DNA of 63,606 nt, filler included, from Stramenopiles sp. TOSAG23-6 (taxonomy: Eukaryota), in NCBI GenBank assembly GCA_900128565.1. It is 46 parts of 46 records of this genome, joined end to end, with 100 filler letters (N's around TTAATTAATTAA, not from the genome) between each part and the next. Parts side by side here need not be neighbours in the genome. Positions count along the whole stretch, not along the records: positions 12,553 to 13,844 come from LT639303.1; positions 13,945 to 15,236 come from LT639304.1; positions 15,337 to 16,627 come from LT639305.1; positions 16,728 to 18,017 come from LT639306.1; positions 18,118 to 19,407 come from LT639307.1; positions 19,508 to 20,797 come from LT639308.1; positions 20,898 to 22,186 come from LT639309.1; positions 22,287 to 23,575 come from LT639310.1; 38 more parts are not named here. One strand, written 5' to 3'. Each line of letters begins with the position of its first letter. Within the stretch, counting starts at the first letter, position 1. Of this stretch, positions 12,553 through 24,963 are shown piece after piece. The translations under genes and the position numbers were made by a program. Below the pieces are notes generated by a model. The model searched no databases, was not told the DNA's origin, and worked only from the letters and a program-made list of their open reading frames with translations.

Positions 12553-13844
12553 TCTTTTGATTCATCATTGTTTTCAACTTTAATTTCATCATTATTTTCA
12601 ACTTTGCTTTCATTGTTTAATTCATTTGCTTTACCCTCTTTGTCTATATATTCTTTCTCTATATTCTGATGTTTCTTGCGAATCCGTTCAACTTTATTTC
12701 GCGCAATTTTCCCACGCTGTATCGTCTCAATTTTTACTGCCGCTTTTTCATGATCTTCGGAAAATTCTAAATTAGAAATTTCATCAGATGTTAAACGCAA
12801 ATTCCCATTTTTTTCTCTTCTTCGTGTTGCATGACCACGAAATGCAGCTTGTATTTTGCATGTAGACATGTTTATTTCATCATTCACACGTAAACCATTT
12901 TCAACATCATTCATATTCACTGTTGAAGCAATATCTAATAACATATTTTCTCGAAGCATTTCATTACGTGCTTCTATACTAAACGCTCGTCGAAGTTGTG
13001 CGTTAGCAGTTACATTACTACATGCTAATTTCTGACGTGCAAGTTCAAGCAGGTTCATCATATCAACCCCATTTGCATTGTTAGTTGGTACTAAAATTGG
13101 TCCATGCTGTGAAACAGAATGATTAAATTTTTCCATTAGTGTTTCTGGTACATTATCATCCCCAGATGCAGATATCCACGACATTGAGACATTTAGGCGC
13201 TGTCTTCTCAAACGGGGATGTAGAGATTTCTCAATTTTGTATGCTGCAATAGCAGATGTAGGTAGACTTTTCATGTCTTCCAAGTTATCTGGTGATATTA
13301 AATAAAATCTTTTACTACTTCCAGGATGAGAGCCTATCTTAAATGTTAATTGTGAACCAAAGTTTTTATCTGAGTTTTGTTCTATGAATTCATTTAATTC
13401 TTCACGAATTGAAGCTAAAGTTTGAGAAGCCGCAGCTGCAGCGGATTCTGTTTTAGCTAAATTTTGTTCAGCTGTTTCAATTTGATTTTCCAGAGCTTTC
13501 AATATTTCTTCAGAAAACATACTATTTTCTTCTTGGTTCATTCGAAATCTCTCCTGAACAGAGTCCTGAATAGAATTTTTCTTTCCTTTTGTTTTTTCTG
13601 TTATTGCTGTTAATTCATCCGTGATTTGCTGTAACGATAACGATGACGTAGATCGTCTTGTTGAATGTAAATCTATGTCTTTACGAAGTTTTAATAATAA
13701 GTTATTTGCATTTGTATGTTCATCAGACGAAACTCCAGCAGCAAGTGACGTTTTGTTGAATAATTCTTGTTTTACTTTCAATTCTTTATCAAACGCTACC
13801 GCCTTCTCTAAGGCTTTACAATGTTCGGGTAGACTTGGATCAGG
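12553..13844 (-). CDS. Coiled-coil protein with IQ calmodulin-binding motifs, partial
   Basis: KIQAAFRGHATRR and KIETIQRGKIARN in a contig-spanning ORF. Confidence 0.75.
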
Positions 13845-14669
13845 NNNNNNNNNNNNNNNNNNNNNNNNNNNNNNNNNNNNNNNNNNNNTTAATTAATTAA
13901 NNNNNNNNNNNNNNNNNNNNNNNNNNNNNNNNNNNNNNNNNNNNACGGGAACGGAACGCAGTTTTGTTCCCAAAAAATTCAGCGAAAATTGTGCCCGTGC
14001 AACCCTGAATTGAACACATTGAACTTGAACATAAAATTGTTGCGCGACCTGATGATGCGCGACGCGTGTCAAAAAACCGAACAATTTTGAAAAAACGAAA
14101 TTTTGAGATTAGAACATGTTAAAAGAGTTTTACTAAGCAAAAAAATGTACAGGTGGCTTATGCATCGAAGCAGTGTGTAAAAAACTACCCTTCTAACATG
14201 TTCAGAATGCAAGAATACGTTTTTGGGAATTGTGAAAAAAAAACACGAAACCATGAAAAAAATCGTTAGGCACGAAATTTTGGTACATCAAAAAAATCAA
14301 ATTATATCACTTATTCATTGAATTATGTTTTTATTTTTTTTAAATTTTTAAAAAGAAGAAACATTTTCATATTAACTCTAAAATAGAAACATAACAATTA
14401 TTCCATACCAATCCAATACCAATTGAATCAACTTAAGCTGTAAGTTTAGATTTACATGTTAGTGCATACCAACAAATACGACTGTCATGCAAATGCAAAC
14501 TGCAGCAAAAATATATATTGTAGCGCCTTTATTTAGCTCTACATGTTAGTGCAAAACCAAATGCGGTCGTCATGAAAATGCAAAGTGCAACAAAAATATA
14601 TATTGCTTGATGTTTCTTCTTTCGATTTGTCTTCTTTTCACCATCAGTATCTCCACGACCAGCATCTCC

Positions 14670-15236
14670 TAATAATCTATACGATATGTCAATAGTATTT
14701 GAAATAAATAAATGTGTACATTATCATGTAAAACCAAACATCATTCATCTTTTGAATAAAAACGAAAATACAACCAATAATCTGCACAATATGTCAATAG
14801 TATTTTTAAATAAATATCTATATCCTGTAAAACGAAACATCATTCATCTTTTTAATAAACAAAAATACCAAAAATAATATGTACAATATATCAATAGTAC
14901 TTGAAATAAATATTCATTATCGTGTTAAAGCAAACATCATTCATCTTTTGAATAAAAACAAAAATACGGCAAATAATCTATACAATATGTCATTAGTATT
15001 TGAAATAAATTACCACTTTTATCATGTACAAGCAAACATCATTCATCTTTTGAATAGAAAAGAAAAATACATTCTATAATCTATACAATATGTCAAGAGT
15101 ATTTAAAATAAATAAACATTTTTTCTGTGGAAAAACAAACTTCACTCATCTTTTGAATATAAAAAAACATACTGTAAATAATTTGTGGAATATGTCAATA
15201 GTATTTGAAATAAATAAACATTTTTATCATGTAAAA
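14670..15236 (+). repeat. ~102-bp AT-rich tandem repeat (about 5.5 diverged units)
   Basis: Recurring AATATGTCAATAGTATTTGAAATAAAT…CAAACATCATTCATCTTTTGAATA at 97-105 nt spacing; same family as 55454-56730. Confidence 0.93.
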
Positions 15237-15336
15237 NNNNNNNNNNNNNNNNNNNNNNNNNNNNNNNNNNNNNNNNNNNNTTAATTAATTAANNNNNNNN
15301 NNNNNNNNNNNNNNNNNNNNNNNNNNNNNNNNNNNN

Positions 15337-16509
15337 CATGGGTTTTTACAATACATATGAGTATTTGATTGCCATGTATTGCGAAAAAAACACGAAATCA
15401 CAAAAAAAAATGTTAGGTACAAAATTTCGTACGAAAAAAAAAATAAATTCAAAATTGAAAAAAAATAAAACATACATGTAGGTAAATCACATGATTTTAT
15501 CTCTGTCGAAATTCCAGCAAAGCCAGCAAAATTAATATGAATGCTATAGGATTGTAAAACGTCCGAAATCGTATAGTTTGTATTGGAAGGTGTTGAACCA
15601 CAAGAGCCAGTACAAGTTATATTACAACCTCCAGTTGTAGTAGATAAAAAATTACCACTAGAGACTTGCACTCTTAATTTATAAGTTGTGGTAGTGACAC
15701 CGTCCACAGTGTTTGTATTTGTGATTGTATTTAAAACCTTTCCAATCGCCCCAGTAGGATTTCCTCTGTCAGGATTCCATTCTTTATTGATAGAGCAAGA
15801 TGTTTTAGCCGCATTATATAAACAACCTTCATGCTGAGATATACAATTTTCTAAGGATGGCGTCTTTGAAAATATACCTTTTGTACACGTATCTTCACAT
15901 AATGCGCTTTGTCTTATTATAGCATCCTTAGGAAATTTTGGGGCAGTATTTATCGATACAGTTAGTATTGCAACTGGAGATGTATCACCAACGGCTTCTG
16001 ATGCAAATTTGGTCATTGTATTACCCAGTGTACTCACCTTTAATGGTAAAACTGAGCGAAAATCTGGGGGTAGGAAACGAACTGTTGGTATCATTGCATT
16101 TTGTAAATCCAAAGTAGATGCCTGAGTTTGAGTATTTACTACAGATATTTGATATTGTCCCAAGAGAGATGGCATTTTACACACAATTAAAGTTTGCGTT
16201 GCACTTTGCACAATACACTCAATACCCAGCTCAGATGATCCAACATTCACTTTTAATTTGGACAAAGGTGGGAAAAGATGTCCATGGATTTTGATGTATA
16301 CATCGCCTTTGATTGGTAAAACAAGAGGTACTGGGTAAAGTTTGCCAATATTTAAAAATGTTTGTTCATTAATAACAGTTTGACGCATTGTTGAAGATAT
16401 TGTGTTTTTCGTGTCAAGTGCTGCAGCAAATTCTAAACTTGTTATAAACGGTTTTGACTCTGTGTACGTATCATATATTAAAGACCCAGCTGCTGTTATT
16501 TTTCTGGCT
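15337..16509 (-). CDS. Probable extracellular IPT/TIG-domain protein, partial
   Basis: IKIHGHLF…VNVG…C…TQTLIVCKMP and W.SNTHMYCK patterns. Confidence 0.6.
15374..15475 (-). other. GT-AT intron
   Basis: aca t|GTATGTTTT…GCAATACAT|gg caa gives LPTW-QSNTHMYC; no AG near the 3' end. Confidence 0.8.
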
Positions 16510-16791
16510 ATGTATTTTGGAAAAATATTTTTTTTTTTTTTCGGTAAAAAAAAAAAAAAAAATTCGTTAGGTAAAAAATTTTTATAAAAAACCAAAAAAA
16601 AAAAATTAAAAATTAAAAAAAAAATAANNNNNNNNNNNNNNNNNNNNNNNNNNNNNNNNNNNNNNNNNNNNTTAATTAATTAANNNNNNNNNNNNNNNNN
16701 NNNNNNNNNNNNNNNNNNNNNNNNNNNTTTTTTTTTTTTTTAAAAACAAAAAAAAAAAAAAAAAAATTTGAAATATTTTTCTACAATACAT

Positions 16792-17911
16792 TTTACAATT
16801 GATGCAAAAACGAAATCTCTTTTTTTACGAGCATTTACAGTTTTACACAATATGTATACAGAAATAACGAAACTAGAAAATAAACGATTCGGTTCAGTTT
16901 TTTCAACGTTTCAGATTGATTTTAGGCAAAACATTTGTTTGTGTTTGGAAGCATTAGAATCCATTCCATTTATGAAAAAACAAAAAAATATACAAAATAT
17001 ACAAAATATACATACTACAAACACTCAACCCCTTGTGGGACATTCAAAACATCAAGATAATACAAAATTAAATACAAAATTAAATACAAAATTAAATACA
17101 AAATTAAATACAAAATCAATCGTACATGATGAAACAAAAAGTGACAAACATGTAAAAAATAGTACAACAAAAAATAATGCAGAATTTTCTACAATGATTA
17201 AAAACAATGTAAAAGTAATTCGAAGTTTGTTAGGTACAAAATTATCTACGAAAAAAAATAAATTTGAAAGTTTCCTTGAGATGAAAAAACGCCAATATAA
17301 ACAGAAAAAAAGTTTTTTTTCAATTTTACAAAAAAAAGATAAACATCCTAACCCTAACTCTACCACTACAAAATCTTCAATATTGGTTAACAATGGAAAC
17401 AAAATTGAAAATATTGAAAATATTGAAAAAAAAAGAAAAACTTGAAAAAACAGTGAAAAAACAATATAAAAATGCTACAATTTCTTCATTTCAAGTAAAA
17501 ACATCTCAAACATCTCAAGTTAAATTTGTACAACAACAAACTGTAGAAAAACATCAAAAACAGCATATGTATATAAAAAAACAACAAAAAAACAACAAAA
17601 TTCAAAATGAACAAAAGAAACTGAACTCTTATCAACGTCAACAATCAAAATCTTCAAACATAATGCAAATGACGTATACAAATTTTGTCCAATTTAAAAC
17701 AAAACCATTTTTAAATACAAAACGTATGTATGTTTTAGTTTTTTTTTTTTTTTTTTTTCGTACGAAATTTTGTACCTAACAATTTTTTTTGAATTTTTTT
17801 TTAGATATTTTTCCAAAATACATTTTACAACGTGATTCAGCTTGCCGGGGGATCCAAAAGATTTTTCGTGGATATAGAATAAGACGAGGACAAATCCCAC
17901 CTTTTGAACAT
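16792..17911 (+). CDS. Low-complexity protein with IQ motif, partial (frameshift near 17430)
   Basis: ACRGIQKIFRGYRIRR exon flanked by repeat-family introns. Confidence 0.55.
17728..17823 (+). other. GT-AT intron
   Basis: cgt at|GTATGTTTT…CCAAAATACAT|t tta caa puts the IQ exon in frame. Confidence 0.78.
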
Positions 17912-18215
17912 GCATGTTTTATTTTTTTTTTAAAACAAAAAAATCGAAATTTTTTTTTTTGGTTTCGTACGAAATTTTGTACCTAACGATTTTTTTTTTG
18001 AAATATTTTTCCAAAATNNNNNNNNNNNNNNNNNNNNNNNNNNNNNNNNNNNNNNNNNNNNTTAATTAATTAANNNNNNNNNNNNNNNNNNNNNNNNNNN
18101 NNNNNNNNNNNNNNNNNTATTTCAAAAAAAATCTAAAAAAATTTGTTAGGTACAAAATTTCCTATAAAAAAAATTCGATTTTTTTTTACCGGAAAAAAAA
18201 TAAAATAAAACATAT

Positions 18216-19407
18216 ATATTTGTTCGTATTCAAATTGCAATGGAGAAATTCGAAATTCAGCAAAAACAATATCAATTGGAATCATACCTAATATACATAA
18301 GTTAATGACACGTGTCAAAATATATTGACTATAGACCGTGTTTTCTACAGTTCCATCATTATCAACATTTTTATAGCATTCTGGAACAATTGATAATAAC
18401 AATATATGAAATATTTCAAAAGCCATTTTTTTTTTAATATGTTGAATTCCAAAATTTTGAAGCAAAGAAAATTCATTTGTATCAAAATTAAAATTATTTG
18501 TATCAAAGGTTGTATCAAAATGATTTGTAGAATTTTTACATTTTTCTTCAAAAAGTAAAATGGAATCAAATACATCTAAAATATTGGAACATAACTGCTC
18601 ATAACAATATTGGGTATTTCGTGTCAACATCTTTTTTAATTGCTGAAATGTTTTATACAATATTAAATGTATTGATAAAGTAGTATACACTATAAATGGT
18701 GACTTTTGTACAGATTTTTTTTTTTCACCGTGTACATTTTCTTTTGAAATGAATAGAAAATCACCATGACAAAAAAGAATTTCAGAATGTTCAGTGAATA
18801 CATTGTTTGTATCATTTTTATCATTATACACTTTATTGTGTTTATGTTGTAATAATGATATATACAGAGATGATGTATGTTCTGTACCATATTTTGATAC
18901 TTGAACACATTCTGAAATTTTTTTTTGTGATTCTGAAATTTTTTTTTGTGATTTTGGTAATTTCCAAATTGAAATATTTTTTTCAGTTTCTATAAATAAA
19001 AAAAAATCATTATACGCAGTTGATAATATAGTATCACATACAGAATATCGATGTGTACACTGTATTCTATTGCATACCTGATTCTGGTTGGTAATGGTAG
19101 ATGGAATGAGTACTGCGTAGATTTCGACGTATTTTTGTGTAGACATGAGAAAAAATATTTTTTTATGTTTCGTATTTTTTATGTTTTTCGTGTTTTTCGT
19201 GTTTTTCATATCATAGGATACAATAAATTCAATATCCAAAAGATGATTCGAAAGATGTAATGTTTTACAAAATAGTATATCAGCATAATGCAAGCTATAC
19301 TGTGAAGAATTATCCTGTGTGTTAGAGTTAGGGTTAGGGTTTGTGAGGCTATTTTTATGTGTATTCTGTTGATGATCACTAAATAGTTGAATTTCAATTT
19401 TTCTAGG
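18216..19407 (-). CDS. Hypothetical protein exon
   Basis: Open frame of more than 350 codons ending at a repeat-family donor ATATGTTTT (18215). Confidence 0.55.
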
Positions 19408-19507
19408 NNNNNNNNNNNNNNNNNNNNNNNNNNNNNNNNNNNNNNNNNNNNTTAATTAATTAANNNNNNNNNNNNNNNNNNNNNNNNNNNNNNNNNNNNN
19501 NNNNNNN

Positions 19508-20607
19508 TGTATTGTGTTATTATCCACTCTCTGTCTTGTAGTATGCCGTGCAATGGGCCGAGGAAGTGATAAATTACCTTCAATAGATGGGGCAGATGGC
19601 ATCAAAGGCGCGAATTTATATGTTGGTTGTAAACTAGAAGATGTTTTAATAATATGTTCTCTAGTTGGTGGGGTAGTGTGACTGGATAATGGTGCAAAAG
19701 GCGAATATATTCTTTCTTGTTGTTGGTCTAACATTGGAATTTGATTCTGTGACTCTCGACGTGAATTCGGTATCATATGATTTCGATCTTGTGCAGGTTT
19801 CACATACGAAAATGCATTATCTGATAATTTGCTTTGAATATGCATATTTCTTGCTCTTATAGGAAAAAATTGCGTGTTTCTGACTTCCGGTGGCATATAT
19901 GAGTGCACAGCAACGTGTTCATTATTCACGCTTTGTTGATGTGTATATCCTAACGTATTGGCAACAGGATTAACTGCTCCGTCTCTGTACCTCCGACCTG
20001 AGTTACTGAAATATTCACTATCAGGAATATTTGTACTATGGTATTTGCTTCTGTTCATGCTCACTGGTAAATTAGTATAATTATTTGGATCATGGGATGT
20101 TATCCAATTATGATTATTCCGACCAGGGAGTTGCTGTTGTTTGGACCAGTTTGGTCTAGCAGGATTTAAGCTATTTGAATGAGATATCATTGGATAGCTT
20201 GCACCACTATTCGCATTATACGCAAGATTACCTTGTGGTTGAATCGGGTCACGAGAATGACGAAAAGTGCAGCGGCTACCATATGGACAACTTCCGTTGA
20301 TTAAAAACTTTCGACATAACTTCGTTCTAAACTTAGGATGTTTTTGTTTCGGACGCATCTCTTGCATACCATGTGCAAACTGACACTTATTACCATAAGG
20401 GCAACTACCTTGTTCAACAAATGATCGACACAACTCTGTTTTGAATAGTGTGTTGGCGGCCGGACCTTGTCTGTGAGAAGGAATAATACCACCTGCTGTC
20501 ATGTTTTGCATATGCTGTGCTTGAGGATAAAAATGGGTCTGAGAATGACCATTTGCAGATAACTGAAACGCATTTGTGAAAGCTGGGTCATTCGTTATGA
20601 CTACCAT
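19508..20607 (-). CDS. Tandem CCCH zinc-finger RNA-binding protein (TIS11/ZFP36 family), 3' partial
   Basis: FKTELCRSF…CPYGNKCQFAHG and KFRTKLCRKF…CPYGSRCTFRH. Confidence 0.93.
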
Positions 20608-20998
20608 ATATATTTTATCTATCTAATTACTCGGGCTTTTCAGAGGTTTATAAAGTCCTTCGAATCTATGATCAATGAAAAGAAGATTACACAATGCTTC
20701 GCCGTTGGCCACAACAAGCGGAAGCCATCACTGTTATTTGACATCCAAAAATTTCATAAATTTCATTGGCTTTTTAGAAAAAAAAAAAATTTTTTTTNNN
20801 NNNNNNNNNNNNNNNNNNNNNNNNNNNNNNNNNNNNNNNNNTTAATTAATTAANNNNNNNNNNNNNNNNNNNNNNNNNNNNNNNNNNNNNNNNNNNNCTA
20901 AATGTTGTACCTAAAAAAAAAAACGTTTTTTTTGTTTTTTGGAAGAAAATTTTTCTAAAAAAAATGTTTTGTTTTTGAAAGATGTTTTCACAATACAT

Positions 20999-22129
20999 TT
21001 AATCAAGCAAAAAAGACACAGAAAAGTCAAATAAAGACTAGGTTTTCACTATCTAGTACATATTTGTTCAATCAGCATATTGTATTCGATATAAATGAAG
21101 AAATAAAAAAAACAACAAAATATCAGTTACAAATAGATAACTCACTGGAAAAAAATAAAAAAAAACAGAAAAAAAGATTTAAAAATATGAAGCATTGTAC
21201 AAGAATAAAACAAATGAAAAAAAATCCAGTTTTGGCATTTGAGATATCAAGTAATTGTAGTATAAACACAATAAACACAATAAACGCAGCCAATGATATG
21301 GAAAGCTTTGGTTGTATGTATGTTTTATTTTTTTTTTTTTACAAAAAATCGAATTTGTTTTTATAGGAAAATAAATTGTCCAACTCTACTTGATAATAAA
21401 TCTATTTTATTTCTTGCTATGGTCAATGAAAGCGTACTTTCTAACCCTAATCAAAGTGGGGTATTTCATCCTAATTTAAATAACAATTTAAATGGATTTC
21501 CTAATGTAAATAACAATTTAAATGGGTTACAATCAAACCAGTTCAAGGACAAATATGACTATGAAGCAGTATATAAATCTATTATTTCTGATGTATCTAA
21601 CAAACGCCAGCGGTGTTATGTTTGTAATTATTGCCCTGGAACTTTTGAGATCAAACCATTTAACGTCCCTTTTATTTTACCTATAGAAAGTATTACTCCA
21701 AAAAATCAACAAAACCCTAATCCTAATCATAAACATCATAAACATCATAATCATCATAAACATCATAAACACCCTAACTCCAACACTAATATACATCATA
21801 AACATAAACATCATACACATAAAAATGATGACAAATCTCAAAACAATGAAACATTTAACCCTACACCACAATTATTCTTCTGTATTGGTGAAAGTAATAC
21901 AGAAAGTGTAGATAAACCATACAAGGATATGAAGATACTAGGAGGTGGATTTCTTAATTTATCCCAACAAAATGTTCAACGAATGGACAAAGAAAGTTTG
22001 AATGTTTATAAAAATAATGATAAAAATTGTATCATTGGGACAGTAGAAGTGAGCTGGACACGTGTCAATACGTTAACATCATTACAAAAACGATTACCTA
22101 GACTTAACCCTTTTGTAGAAGATATTTAT
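20999..22129 (+). CDS. Hypothetical multi-exon protein with His/Asn-rich insert
   Basis: Exons bounded by repeat-family ends at 20998, 21318-21366 and 22130. Confidence 0.5.
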
Positions 22130-22341
22130 GTATGTTTTATGTTTTGAATTTCGAATATCGTTTTTTTTTTTTTGGTTTTCGTACGANNNNNNNNNNNNNN
22201 NNNNNNNNNNNNNNNNNNNNNNNNNNNNNNTTAATTAATTAANNNNNNNNNNNNNNNNNNNNNNNNNNNNNNNNNNNNNNNNNNNNTGAAAAAATATTTT
22301 GGAAAAAAATTAAAAAAAATTAAAAAAAATTAAAAACATAC

Positions 22342-23448
22342 ACGTTCTCATTGCAAAATGTAAGCGACTATTTCGCATACGACTGATACAAACATTCATA
22401 ATGCCACGTGTCTTTTTTCGTATTCGAACGTAATCAAGCCATGTACTTTGGAAAATATTTTTTTAGTAAAAAATCTAAAAAAATTGTTAGGTACAAAATT
22501 TTTTTTACAAAAAAAAAAAAAAAAAAAATTCAATTTCAAAATTTAAAAAAAAAAAAAAAACATACATTGATGAAAAGGTTTGCTTTTTTCAATTAATTTC
22601 CAACGCAGAGCAAAACGAGATATTAATAATCGTTGCCGTTTTTGTTCCATAGCAGTTTCGTGCCATGTTGTAAATGCAGTACTTTTTTCAATTAATTTCC
22701 AACGCAAAGTGAAACGAGATAATAATAATCGTTGTCGTTTTTGTTCAATAGCAGTTTCGTGCCATGTTGTAAATGCTGAACTTGCAGTTGTAAATTTTAT
22801 TCGCCAAATTATACTCTTCATTTTTTGTATTTGTTTTCTAAGCTCAAACACGAAATAAGTCCACTTTTGGAATGCAAATGTCAAACGACCAAATGTTGAA
22901 TGTCTGGCTAATTGCAATATAATTCGTTTCAATCGTAATCGTTTTTGATAAAATATCTTCCATTTTTGAAACACCAAATATTGTAAAAAATATTTCAATT
23001 TTTTTTTTTTTTTTTTTTTTTGTTAGGTACAAAATTTACTATGAAAATATTTTTGAATTTTTTTTTTCTGAAAATAAGCAAAATCAAAATCAAAATGTAA
23101 CCTACATTGGTACAAGATGCACAGAACGCAATCCACATGTTAATTCAGCCATATCTCTTCTTTGTTTTGCCATTTTAGTTTGAGCTGTCCAGGCGCGAAA
23201 AATTGTAGATAATAATGATAAAGTGGAATGACTAGCAATTGATCGTACACTGAATTGTAAAAAAAAAAAAAAAAATTAAATTTTTGTTAGGTAAAAAATT
23301 TCGTCCAAAAAAAAAAAAAAAAAATAAATGAATGAATAAAGCCATAATGAAAACATATATACTATGTGCGACTTCCTTACTTAATGTTGCTAAAGATGAT
23401 CTTAAATCATTATTTTCTGCCATTAATTCATTTAATCGTTGTTCATTC
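22342..23448 (-). CDS. Sfi1-like (centrin-binding type) W-repeat protein, partial, multi-exon
   Basis: Repeated AF..W motif (FAFQKW, SAFTTW, PFHQW) at ~33-aa spacing. Confidence 0.7.
22441..22565 (-). other. GT-AT intron
   Basis: caa t|GTATGTTTT…CAAAGTACAT|gg rebuilds the repeat Trp codon (PFHQW). Confidence 0.85.
23250..23358 (-). other. Repeat-family intron, AT-AG variant
   Basis: agt at|ATATGTTTTC…TACAATTCAG|t gta; this donor gives the right phase, the nearby GT 4 nt upstream does not. Confidence 0.6.
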
Positions 23449-23750
23449 ATGTACTGTGAAATAAATGTATATATTTGAAATAAGTGTACAAAAAAATTTC
23501 AAAATTTCAAAAAAAAAAAAAATTTTAAAATTTCAAAAAAAAAAAAAAAAAAAATTTTAAATTTTAAAATTTTTTNNNNNNNNNNNNNNNNNNNNNNNNN
23601 NNNNNNNNNNNNNNNNNNNTTAATTAATTAANNNNNNNNNNNNNNNNNNNNNNNNNNNNNNNNNNNNNNNNNNNNATTTCGAATTTATTTTTTTTTCGTA
23701 CGAAATTTTGTACCTAACAAATTTCGAATTCAATGTTTTTTACAATATAT

Positions 23751-24963
23751 GTTTTACGACCAACAACAACAGATGTTGACGGTAAGCAATCAAAATCACA
23801 AAATAATTTACCAACAAAACAAGAAGTTGTTGTATGGTTGACTCTAACTTCACACCAACAAGCATTATATCATGCAATGCTTGAAAAGACACAAGAAGAA
23901 CAAGATAGGAGAGACGATATCGCTGCAGAAAATGGAGATATTGCCGAAGGAAGATGTATCTTAAAAGAATTATGTGAGCTAGTACAGATATGTAATCATC
24001 CTCTTCTTGTTGCTGAAAAAGAATTTGGTAAGAAAGATTTGTCAAGTTCGAAAGATGTCCATAGACGTGATAATACGAATCGTAAGTATCGCGATTTTGA
24101 CATGTATTATGAAAATGATGAAAGTATTTCATCCAATAGTGATAATGATATAAGAAATATTGAAATGAATAGAAATGTTGAATCGGATGTAGAGTCTGAT
24201 ATTGAAAACAAGAGACTTGAGGATGATGTGAAATCAAAAAATGTACGTAAATTGTTATTATCGGCCTCGAGAAAAACACCTGCAAAGATTGAATTTGTTA
24301 GTGCTTTGTTACGGAATTTACATACTGAAGGGCACAGAGTATTAATATTTAGTAGATCTTGTAGAATGCTTGATCTCATAGAGAATTTCGTACTTAAAAC
24401 TGCCAAATATAAACATTATAGACTTGATGGAAGTATTCAAGATGCATCAGAAAGAGCTCAGTTGATTGAAAAGTTTAATCGAAAAAAGGATATTTTTTGT
24501 TTTTTAATTACTACACAATGTGGAGGTGTAGGTATTAATCTAACAGGTGCCGATCGAGTCATTATGCTTGATCCTGGTTGGAATCCAGCAGCTGATGAGC
24601 AAGCTGTTGATAGAGTATATCGAATTGGTCAAACTCGGCCAGTATTGGTATATAGGTTAGTTACATGTACGTTTTCACATCATAAATTTATTAATTGTTT
24701 TTTTCATAGGAAATTTCGTACCTAATGATTTTTTTCATGATTTCGTTTTTTTTTTCACAATACATGTGGTGGCGCAGAGGAACATATTTATAGACGTCAG
24801 ATTTTTAAAGGATCTTTGAGTCGTTCAGCAATTGAGCAAGATTTTAAAGCAACGAGACATGTATGTTTTACTTTTTTTGAATTTCAATTTTTTTTTCGTA
24901 CAAAATTTTGTACGTAACAAAAAAAACAAAAAAAACATATTTTTCACAATACATTTCAAAGCA
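23751..24963 (+). CDS. SNF2-family helicase, ERCC6L/PICH-like, C-terminal helicase region
   Basis: QICNHPLL, GHRVLIFS, GGVGINLTGADRVIMLDPGWNPAADEQAVDRVYRIGQ, spliced YRLVTCGGAEEHIYRRQIFK. Confidence 0.9.
24667..24765 (+). other. GT-AT intron
   Basis: aca t|GTACGTTTT…CACAATACAT|gt ggt restores the SNF2 YRLxTCGxxEExIYxRQ motif. Confidence 0.9.
24861..24954 (+). other. GT-AT intron
   Basis: aga cat|GTATGTTTT…CACAATACAT|ttc gives RHF (cf. the R-Y/F-F motif of ERCC6-type helicases). Confidence 0.8.

Noticed and set aside
24667-24765. Element as a ciliate-style DNA-eliminated IES (dinucleotide direct repeat plus inverted ends)
   Set aside because: Copies are oriented with transcription, carry a GTATGT donor and CTAAC branch-like motif, and several lack the direct repeat. 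Intron is the better reading, though reads lacking the element in DNA would reopen this.
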